Below, piece after piece: positions 53,206 to 64,000 of a stretch of 64,000 bases of DNA. Origin of the DNA: Octopus bimaculoides (Eukaryota); NCBI RefSeq assembly GCF_001194135.2, contig NC_068988.1:57734025-57798024 (forward strand), given 5' to 3'. A program made the position numbers and the translations under genes. Below the pieces are notes generated by a model. That model did no database searches. It was not told the DNA's origin and saw only the letters and a program-made list of their open reading frames with translations. Each line of letters starts with the position of its first letter. The stretch's first letter is position 1.

Positions 53206-53898
53206 TATAATTCAGATCCTTCTTTATGTTCTGAGTCCAAATTCCACCAAGGTTGACTTCGCCTTTCATCCTTTCAGCGTCAATAAAATAAGTACCAGTG
53301 GAGCACTGGGGTTGATGTAATCAACTTAACACCCCCCCCCCAAACTTACTGGCCTTGTGCCAAAATTTGAAATCAATAGTTTACATTCTATTTATTTATA
53401 TTATGAATTCAAACCCTGCTGTCATTAAGCTTTGCCTATCATTCTTTTGGGGTTCAATAATATAAAGTTCACCCTAACCAGTATATCATGCACATTCTCA
53501 ATATGGTGTATTGCATGTATGATATAACAGTCATCTTAATGTTAACATCTTTGAAATAAGCATTAAGATAGCGTGGTCATATTTAAAATAGGGAGCATTA
53601 AATATGTTTACTAAAAATAATGATACTGTGAGGAAATAAACAATATTACACATTGCCTAGTATCATTTGAATTATTTCAGCAAAAGACAATTCTAGGCAT
53701 GTTTCAGTCTTGTTAAGACCTCATCAGTGAAGCATAGACGTCACTGTACTTCCCAAAGTAGAGATCAGAGAATCACTAAGTAAATGCACAAGAATATATG
53801 TTACACTGGTTATCAGAGAAAGCTAGAATTGTTTCAAAAAACAATTGCTCAGCCATTCCATTATACTTGTTTGTTTTTGGTTTGTTCTCCCCCCCCCC

Positions 53899-53929
<31 letters not shown>

Positions 53930-54461
53930 CCTCTCTCTCTCTCTTTCTAATGATTATGTTGTATCCTGACAAAACTGGCCTTGTTTCTGTAATCAAAATA
54001 AAACCTTATCTATATTATTTAAGAAATCATAAAACAAAACAACTCTGTTGGGGGAATATAAAAATCAGTTGTAACAATATTTCCAAGGGTTAGACATTCT
54101 ATTCATTTTCCATTCATACTCTAAATTCCTTGCAGCAGACACAGTTTTGACACAATTCCTTTGTGTTGATAGTTTCAACAACATAAACTGTATTAAGGGA
54201 TCACATTGTCTATTTTATATCACATTTTGTGTACAATAACATTGTTCACAATGGGTTTCTGGCAGGACAAACACTAGATCACTGCATTCCTGAGGGTGAG
54301 AGTTAAAAGAGAAAGCCTGCATGTTGTGTGACTTGGGGACAATAAATACCACAAGGTATTTTGGTATGATAGCACCAATTCTTTTTCCCAGTATCCTTGT
54401 CAATGCATATATATTTTACAAATATAAACATACACACACACACACATTCATATATACATGA

Positions 54462-54542
<81 letters not shown>

Positions 54543-54943
54543 NNNNNNNNNNNNNNNNNNNNNNNNNNNNNNNNNNNNNNNNNNNNNNNNNNNNNNNNNN
54601 NNNNNNNNNNNNNNNNNNNNNNNNNNNNNNNNNNNNNNNNNNNNNNNNNNNNNNNNNNNNNNNNNNNNNNNNNNNNNNNNNNNNNNNNNNNNNNNNNNNN
54701 NNNNNNNNNNNNNNNNNNNNNNNNNNNNNNNNNNNNNNNNNNNNNNNNNNNNNNNNNNNNNNNNNNNNNNNNNNNNNNNNNNNNNNNNNNNNNNNNNNNN
54801 NNNNNNNNNNNNNNNNNNNNNNNNNNNNNNNNNNNNNNNNNNNNNNNNNNNNNNNNNNNNNNNNNNNNNNNNNNNNNNNNNNNNNNNNNNNNNNNNNNNN
54901 NNNNNNNNNNNNNNNNNNNNNNNNNNNNNNNNNNNNNNNNNNN

Positions 54944-54976
<33 letters not shown>

Positions 54977-55031
54977 CACACATATATATATTCCCATTCC
55001 GAGGAATCTACTTGAGATACACTAATACATG

Positions 55032-55071
<40 letters not shown>

Positions 55072-55449
55072 TATACGTGTGTGTGTGTGTGTATGAACAT
55101 GTGTACATACGCATACATGAGTTACTGAAGCAAAGAATTAAAAAGTTAACTTAAAACCAGATGACATGGGCATCAAACATCATGGTTGGCAATTTCAAAA
55201 ACCATATATTTAAAACCTGCTAATATTTTTCTATCTGTATAAGGGGATGACCTGACAAAATTTTTAGCAGGATTGGAAAAATTCTTAGGGGTATTTCATC
55301 CACCTTTATGATCTGGGTAAATTCTGCCATGGTCAAATTTACCTTTCAGTCTTTAGGGCTCAATAAACTAAGTACCAGTTGAGTACTGGGGGTTTGATGT
55401 AATTGACTTACTCCCCACCTGCCTCCCAGAACTAGCTGAACTTATTCTT

Positions 55450-55844
55450 TTCTTTTATTCTTTTATTTGTTTCAGTCATTCGACTGTGGCCATGTTGGAG
55501 CACTGCCTTTAGTTGTGAAAATCAACCCCAGGACTTATTCTTTGTAAGCCTAGTACTTATCCTATCGGTCTGTTTTGCCAAATCGCTAAGTTACAGGGTA
55601 GTAAACATACCAACATCGGTTATCAAGCGATAGTAGGGGAACAAACACAGACACACAAATATATACATATATATATATATACGATGGGCTTCTTTCAGTT
55701 TCTGTCTACCAAATCCACTCACAAGGCTTTGGTCGGCCCAAGGCTATCGTAGAAGACACTTGCCCAAGATTCATTGCCGTGGAACTGAACCCGGAATCAT
55801 GCGGTTGGTAAGCAGGCTACTTACCAGACAGCCACTCCTGCGCC
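55450..55844 (-). mobile_element. SINE family B, full length
   Basis: Minus strand begins GGCGCAGGAGTGGCTGTCTGGTAAG (A-box), has GGTTCAGTTCC (B-box) and a CTTGGGCAAGTGTCTT core, and ends ACTGAAACAAATAAAAGA. Confidence 0.85.
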
Positions 55845-55949
55845 ATATAAAAGTTATGGAATGAAATAAGGATGGTTATATGAGCTCTGTTGTTCATGAA
55901 CACTAATACAAAATTAATAATTACACATCAATAGTGAATAATGAATGAT

Positions 55950-56012
<63 letters not shown>

Positions 56013-56040
56013 CACATATATATATATATATAGCACTCAC

Positions 56041-56154
56041 CTTAACTTCATAACAGATAATGAAGAGGTCCTCTGATGTACCTCTTTGGTAAAATCCCAA
56101 TGGTAGTTGGTCTTCCTGACAGCTATTTCAGGCTTATCTTTCTATGTATAAAAC
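56041..56154 (-). other. Candidate 114-nt exon with strong splice sites
   Basis: Acceptor ATTACATTCTCTTTACAG and donor AAG|GTGAGT. One frame is open apart from a single TAG at 56144-56142. Confidence 0.35.
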
Positions 56155-56469
56155 CTGTAAAGAGAATGTAATTAATTATAACTGTAATGTAGAAAACATG
56201 AAGTATGCACTGAAAGTTAACATAGCAAATATGGTTTATAACATGGTGAAAATTAGCCTTTTATATAATGTTTAACAAGGCAGTGAGCAGGCAGAATCGT
56301 TCCGCTGAGGTCAACTTTGCCTTTCATCCTCTTGGGTTGATAAACTAGGTACCAGTTGAACACTGGAGTCGATGTAATCAACTTACCCTCTCCCAGAAAT
56401 TGCTGACCTTGTGCCAAAATTTGAAATCAATACGATATGTAAAAAAGTAATGTATTTGTAAGATGCTGG

Positions 56470-56790
56470 AACTGGTTTGTAACAGAAACTGATTTGTAAC
56501 ATGGTAACACTGGTTTGTAACATATTTAAACTTGGCTTGCAACAGCATGAAACTCAGTTTGTAACATGCTGAAATTTGGTTTGTAACATGGTAAAACTGG
56601 TTTGTAACATAATGAGACTTGGTTTGCAACAACATGAAACTCAGTTTGTAACATGCTGAAATTTGATTTGTAACATGGTAAAACTGGTTTGTAACATAAT
56701 GAGATTTGGTTTGCAACAACATGAAACTCAGTTTGTAACATGCTGAAATTTGGTTTGTAACATTGTAAAACTGGTTTGTAATTTTTGTAA
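56470..56790. repeat. 87-bp higher-order tandem repeat built from four 21-22-bp monomers
   Basis: Units start at 56538, 56625 and 56712. Monomer consensus TGTAACATGNTRAAAYTKGGTT. Confidence 0.9.
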
Positions 56791-57589
56791 TATGGTCTTC
56801 TTATCAAAAGTATCAAGGGAGGTAGCCTTGTGTAAATTGATGAGAGATTAAGAGAATGACAGAGGAATATAGATAGGGGTCAAGCTGTGGAGAAGATACA
56901 AGGATACGCGAGTTGTGGAAGGAGAGAGTGGAAGAGAGACTTAGAGAGAAAGATAGAAATGGAGAGTGAGAGATGTTGATAGATATGTGTCAGAACATAC
57001 CCTCAAGGTACAGTGGAGGGGTGAATACAGGTGAAATGACACAGAGGACTGGACTAGGTGAGTGGGCAGTGGGTGGGAGGAGAGACAAAGAGGAAAGTTT
57101 CATAAGAATGTGAGGAGAACTCTTTGGGAAAGCAGGGCAAGTTTTATAATAATGTAAGGAAAGAGGGAAAAATTACTGGGATCGACTTATTCCAACTAAA
57201 CCCTTCAAGAAGGTGCCCCAGAATGGACACAGTGAATTCAGTGAAACAGATAAAAGATTAAAGATGATTAATGGAAACCTGACAGAAGATGATGGTTGCT
57301 TGGAGAAAGGATGTGTCTATCTTAATTCTAAATACCGACAATATCCTTTGAAGTAGGTCTGATATTCTTCTAAAGGAAAGAATCAAATACAGCATTATGA
57401 GAGAAGTGGAGGAGGAAGCAGTTCCGTTGTGGGCGGATGAAGAACCACAGGTGTTGAAATTTCAAAAAGATTCTAATTAAAGAAATTAGAGTATGTAGGT
57501 AAATAGGTAGGTAAGTAGGTGGATAGGTAAGGAGGTAAGTGGTGAAAACTAAACTTTTATTTTGTTTTGTTATTTCGTTTGCATTTTCT

Positions 57590-58231
<642 letters not shown>

Positions 58232-58299
58232 CTGCTTTGCTTTCTTGATAATTCTATAAATACAGTCTCTATTCCTGCTCATCATTACTCTTCACTTAC

Positions 58300-58360
58300 T
58301 TCCATAAACTTCCATCAACACCTGTAGGTTTACTTGTAGAACCATCAGGGAGATGTTTTT
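58300..58360 (-). other. Candidate 61-nt exon (EKHLPDGSTSKPTGVDGSLW)
   Basis: Acceptor TTTTTTTTGTGTTATGTTAG and donor GAA|GTAAGT. Open in two frames. Confidence 0.3.
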
Positions 58361-58833
58361 CTAACATAACACAAAAAAAATAATAAAATTTTAAAAAATG
58401 ACTGTATTGAGTTGAGTTGATTAATAATAGTCTGGTAAACCTGATGTCTTATATTATTATAATGCCAGGAATTCTATGAAAGACAGAATTTAACAGTTTG
58501 GAAGAATTTTCAATAAACAAATATTTGAGCATTTCCTTTTCTTCTTTAACCAATGTTTTTATTATTTTTTTGCCTATAAAGAGAACTTTTGTTATAGAAA
58601 AAAGAAAAGACTGGCTATATGGCCATATTATTTTTTGCTTGTTTCAGTAATTGGACTGTGGTCATGTTGGGGCATTACTTTGAAGGGTTTTAATTAAACA
58701 GATCACCTCTAGTATCTATTTTTAAATTTGGTACTTATTCCATCGATATCTTTTGCCAAACTGCAAAAAATATCAAGACTGTGAACAAACCAACACTGGT
58801 TGTCAAGTGATGGAGAGAGATAAACACAAACTG

Positions 58834-58899
<66 letters not shown>

Positions 58900-59189
58900 T
58901 TAGTACCTCTAATCCAATCACAGTTAATTAACTGGAATATAAAAAGAGAAACCTATCACTTTGTCAGTTCCAGTGTCTGATACTGAAGAGGAGATAACTA
59001 CTCTGAAATTCATGCAGCTATCCAGATAGGGCACTTTGAACTGACTTGGTGTGTTTAAAGCGATTTATCTACAGTAAGAAATTTTCTCCGTAACAAAAAA
59101 ATACTGCAAATGGTTTTCTTATTAGTTCGAATATGCCCTGAGCATATTTGAACTGGTAACAAGTTTATACATTTATATAATTTATATAT

Positions 59190-59246
<57 letters not shown>

Positions 59247-59440
59247 TATGTATATACATATATATATGACAGGTTTCCACACAGTTTCCATCTACCAAAT
59301 TCACTACTCACAAGGTGTTGATCAGCTTCAAACTATACTGGAATGTACATGTCCTAAGTGCTACACTGTGGAACTGAACCTGAAACCACATGGTTGCTAT
59401 GCAAACTTCTTTATATTTTTGTGCATCGGTATGTATGTGT

Positions 59441-59485
<45 letters not shown>

Positions 59486-60109
59486 TGTGCGCATGCATGC
59501 ATGCTAATGTACAAGGCTCCTTCATTGGAATTTCAACATCAACAACAGGGTATTTTTGTTTGTATATATGCATGTATGTATGCATGTATGTATGTGTAGA
59601 TTTGTGTGTTTTATGTATGTATCCTCATGCATATAGTTGCATATCTAGACATGCATGTATGTATGTACGTGTGTGTGTGTGTGGGGGGTCTTCAAGTGTA
59701 TATTGCACCAAAAGGGAGGTGAACTGAAAGAATCAATAATATGTCAATCCTTTTTTAAAACTGTGGATAATGGTCAAGATGCATGCATTTACGAATAGAT
59801 ACCCATTCAACCACATACATGAAAGATTACTAATAAGAAATGGCAGCTTGCAACAATTGTCTACACCTCAAAGAGCATATCAGAAAACAGCTTGTGCAGT
59901 TGTTTGTAGCTAAAGCTGAACTTATTGTTTACTGTAAGACATTTTCGCAACATAGAATTTCCCTGCAAATAGCTATTATTCTGTATGTAAACACTAAGAC
60001 TATTCTCTCATTCTTCTCAGTTACTAAATGACTTACAATGTTCTATGAAGAAAAGAAAAAGAAAAAAAACTCATTCATGAATTTCTTGCAGATTGTAATG
60101 ATTTTTTAT

Positions 60110-60857
60110 CAATTGTAAAATAATAATTTATTAATAAGTCACTAGTTATATCATGCTGACAATTTCTAAAAAGAATAAAAGCCTAGCAGTGGGTAAGACA
60201 ACGTGCCCTCCATTGGTCAGTTAAAGTCTAGACAGTGTCACGTGACAACTTGCTGGGGCTGCCTGCTGGATCCTAGCAGCAGGTATTTAAAGGGAAATTT
60301 GACAAGACAGTCAGTCGGCTGCTGACACTCTTTGACGCTGCATCGAAGAGGCCAGGGAACAAAAGAAAGAAGACAGGCACTCAACACCAGAGCTGAAGAC
60401 ACTTCCGAAAGGGGGGAGGGATGCCACATCAAAACGGTAGAGGAGTAGGGGCTGAAACCGGATGTGGTTCCTCTTGATAATGTCTTGAGCTAACTGGATC
60501 CTGTAAAGGAGCGGCTGTGGTACCAGACCACGAAGCATGGTTGAAATTCCTCCATGATTGCAACCAGCAAGAAATTATATGAGCTTTATAATAAGTAAAC
60601 AAAAAGAAATTGAAGATATGAATCCTGTGCATCTTTTTCCATGTAATCCCTTAATTTAAAATATTTCAATTGTAAAATAATGATTTATTAATAAGTCACT
60701 GGTTATATCATGCTGACAATTTCTAAAAAGAATAAAAGAGTGTTATACATGATTGCGACCAGCAAGAAACTGTAAGAACTTCATAATAAGTAAACAAAAC
60801 AAAAATTGAAGAAATGAATTCTGTGAATATTTTTCCATGTAATCCCTTAATTTAAAA
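60110..60857. repeat. ~190-bp tandem duplication whose first copy is interrupted by a 371-bp insert
   Basis: 60110-60181 matches 60667-60738, and 60553-60661 matches 60748-60857. Confidence 0.9.
60205..60320 (+). promoter_or_regulatory. Pol II promoter-like cassette (inverted CCAAT, palindromic E-box, TATA-like, Inr)
   Basis: ATTGG 60212, TGTCACGTGACA 60236-60247, TATTTAAA 60284 and TCAGTC 60311. The Inr A lies 29 nt after the TATA start. Confidence 0.5.
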
Positions 60858-61265
60858 TTCAAATTTCTAGTTCCACTTTGTGAGGGGATGATTACCTCCC
60901 TTGTAATTGCTATTATCACTAAAGAAACCACATGTTTATTTTGCAATATTTACACCACATTTTCTTTTATGCCATTATGATCTGAATAAGTCGTTCATCC
61001 TCCTGGGATTAATAAAGTAATGTAGAAGTCAAACACTGGGGTCGAATTTAATCAACTATATTTGCCCTCCAGAAATGTTGTGACGATAAATTGGGTGACT
61101 GTTTGTTACAGACCCCCTACAGAAGACTTTATCTCTTCAAGTAGTGTGTTAAAACCAAGTCAACCTTGACAGAAGCTATCTCCTCTGTGATCTATAGAGC
61201 ATGATATAGCACAAGTTATAACACATTAGTGAAGTTCATAACAGACCTAGCCAGATGAGAGTCAC

Positions 61266-61298
<33 letters not shown>

Positions 61299-63323
61299 AC
61301 ACATCCACACATATTCACATGCATACAAGCATAAGCATACACACACAGATATGCATACACACACATATATATATACATACATACATACATGTGCACATAC
61401 AGATACACATATATGTTGACATACACACATACACATATATATATAAATACACACATATAATATGTACATTATATACACATGCATCACAACCGCCACATAC
61501 ATTCACACATACATTCACATATATACAGGCATAAATATACACACAGTTATACATAAGCACATACATATACATACATTTGCTCATACAGATACAGGCGTAT
61601 ACAGTCATACATATATACACACATATACATACACACAGACACAAATGCATTTATATATAAGCACAAACATACACACATTCATATAGACACACATACACAC
61701 AGTACATTCACATATATATACACATATACACACATTCACATAGATGCACATATGCACATACACATATGTACATTCACCATATATACACATATACACGTAT
61801 TCAAACATAATGAATTTCCCACACATATACACATTCTTTCTTTCTGCACCATCAGGTTGATAAATGACCCTTGATGACCTCCTTGACAAGCACTGTATGC
61901 TTGTCATAGGAGAATAGAAAGGCCTATTCCTTTAGGTGTGTTTTACAAAACACCAACTTCTCAGCTAAATACTGATGTGTCCACCACACCTACCTGGGTA
62001 TTCAGCATATAAAGCACAGAAAAGGCAGCATATTGGCAGAAACGTTAGCACAGAACAGTCATTGATGGCTTATGCTCCAAAGGAAGTGAAGTGGCTTCAT
62101 TTAAGTAAGTAGACTTCCATTTCCCTTGGAAGTGTCCACCAGAGGACTTGTCTTGTAATGTTGGAAACAGGTTTCCATTAGGTATATCCCAGCCAAGCCC
62201 TGTTTTCTCCTCTTGACCTAGGTTTTGATACTTTGCTGGTTTGCCTATAAATAAATAAAGTTGAACACCATTTTGAGCGTGGCCGTTGCCAGTAACGCCT
62301 GACTGGCCTTCGTGCCGGTGGCATGTAAAAAGCACCCACTACACTCTCTGAGTGGTTGGCGTTAGGAAGGGCATCCAGCTGTAGAAACTCTGCCAAATCA
62401 GATTGGAGCCTGGTGTAGCCATCTGGTTTCACCAGTCCTCAGTCAAATCGTCCACCCCATGCTAGCATGGAAAGCGGATGATGACGATGAACTTGGTGGG
62501 TTGATTAAACACTACTAATCTGAGGCAGTAGATTAGCAGAAAACCATTAGAGTACGAAATGAGATGTTTTGCAGTATCTGTTCCAGCTCTGCTATCTGTT
62601 TTGAGACCAATGCCTGCAATAACACTGATGGAAAGCTATATTGGTCTTAAAGGGACAACCTTGGAAACAGAAATGACATGGAAAGAGGAGACTGCAAGCA
62701 TAAACAACTGCCTGCTTTCAGCCCCACAAAAAAAAAAAGAAATAAATAAATAAAAAAAAGAAAACTTGTCCAGGACTGTACATAGATGTGCAGATACATG
62801 GTCAGCCCTGATTATACTTGAACAGTTCAAGACAATTCTTATTTGGATTTACTGCATTCCTGAATATGTCAGGAGACCACATCTCACTTGTACATTTCAT
62901 TTCGGCAACTTTTCTGGGGGTTTTTTACCCTTCCTAACATCAACTACTTTACATAGTGCACTGGTGTATTTATATATGTCTATATAAAATGTATAAGTAT
63001 GTGTGTGTATATGTATATGCGTTGAGTGTGTATATGTGTATATAATCAGATAGTAAGTAAAAAACAACTTGTTCTTCTGTATGTATATATTTATACATAC
63101 CCAGCTGTAGAAACTTTGCCAAACCAGATTGGAGCCTAGTGTAGCCATCTGGTTCACCAGTTCTCAGTCAAATCGTCCAACCCATGCTAGCATGGAAAGC
63201 AGACGTTAAACGATGATGATGATGATGATACATACATACATATATGTATATATATATATATTAAACTGGCAGCATGACCATCCCCAAATACAACAATATA
63301 TATATATAAGTAGTGCTACGAGG

Positions 63324-63359
<36 letters not shown>

Positions 63360-63411
63360 CCTCGTAGCACTACTTTACAGTATACAACAAACCACAATAG
63401 ATATGGTTAAA

Positions 63412-63442
<31 letters not shown>

Positions 63443-63884
63443 CAATACAGTAAAAATTCATTATCAGTAAAGTTTAAATCAGTTCATTAGTAATCATATT
63501 GCTATTTAAGAAACATCATTAATCAGTTTTTGACCTCATCCAAATATTCTTCATCCATAAAAAAACATTGATGTTGTTAGTGATGTCATTGTGATTTTGT
63601 AGCTACCTTTTCAAATTTCACCCATGCTTTCTGTGTTTACTAGATTCTTTTTGTTTACAAGATTAAGTATATCAGCACTCACTCAATTATTGCTTCAGGC
63701 AAGATGGTATCCATAGGTAATTTATGTTTCTGTATCAAAATTCGTCATCCTATTCAATTAATTTAAAAAAATAAAATGCCACCTGTTTCGTGGTTGAGCT
63801 GTTTTGCACTAAGGAATTTTGTGTTCATAATTCTAACATACATAACAACAACAATAACACCAACAACAATAATAATAATAAATA

Positions 63885-64000
63885 AAAGTAATTTGAACGT
63901 GGAGCTTAAAACAGAAACGATTCCTATAATAGTAGGTGCATTAAGTATGATAAAAAAAAACACTCAGACAAATATATAACAAAAAAAAACAGGACTTACA
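63885..64000 (+). mobile_element. 5'-truncated R4/Dong-like REL retrotransposon 3' fragment (runs off window)
   Basis: LKTETIPIIVGALSMIKK/..DKYITK..GL follows an (AAT)n run. Confidence 0.7.

Noticed and set aside
46030-56790. 19-bp and 87-bp arrays as CRISPR-like
   Set aside because: Units are contiguous with no unique spacers, the context is eukaryotic and there are no cas genes.

Overview
AT-rich eukaryotic intronic/intergenic DNA from a gapped short-read assembly (12 N-gaps). It is dense in microsatellites and tRNA-derived or RTE-tailed SINEs. That repertoire is consistent with an octopus or other coleoid cephalopod, which is an inference. No recognisable host gene is present, and nearly all ORFs in the supplied track are translations of microsatellites or N-gaps. 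Well-supported content is a graveyard of mobile elements: two decayed Penelope-like (Naiad-type) RT fragments, Penelope pLTR relics with minimal hammerhead ribozyme motifs, two R4/Dong-like 3' ends in (TAA)n, a HERO-like retrotransposon nested in a mariner, two maT/DD37D fragments, a Gypsy gag relic, RTE pieces, a Helentron-type HINE and several MITEs with TIRs/TSDs. There is also an interstitial (TTAGGG)n array, a 19-bp minisatellite, an 87-bp higher-order repeat and a ~1 kb (CTT)n tract. The most interesting unexplained signals are a 371-bp insert carrying a CCAAT/E-box/TATA/Inr promoter layout and two speculative chains of small exon candidates. One chain has an in-frame UAG that could be recoded by A-to-I editing. 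Family assignments come from motif recognition by eye, not database searches.
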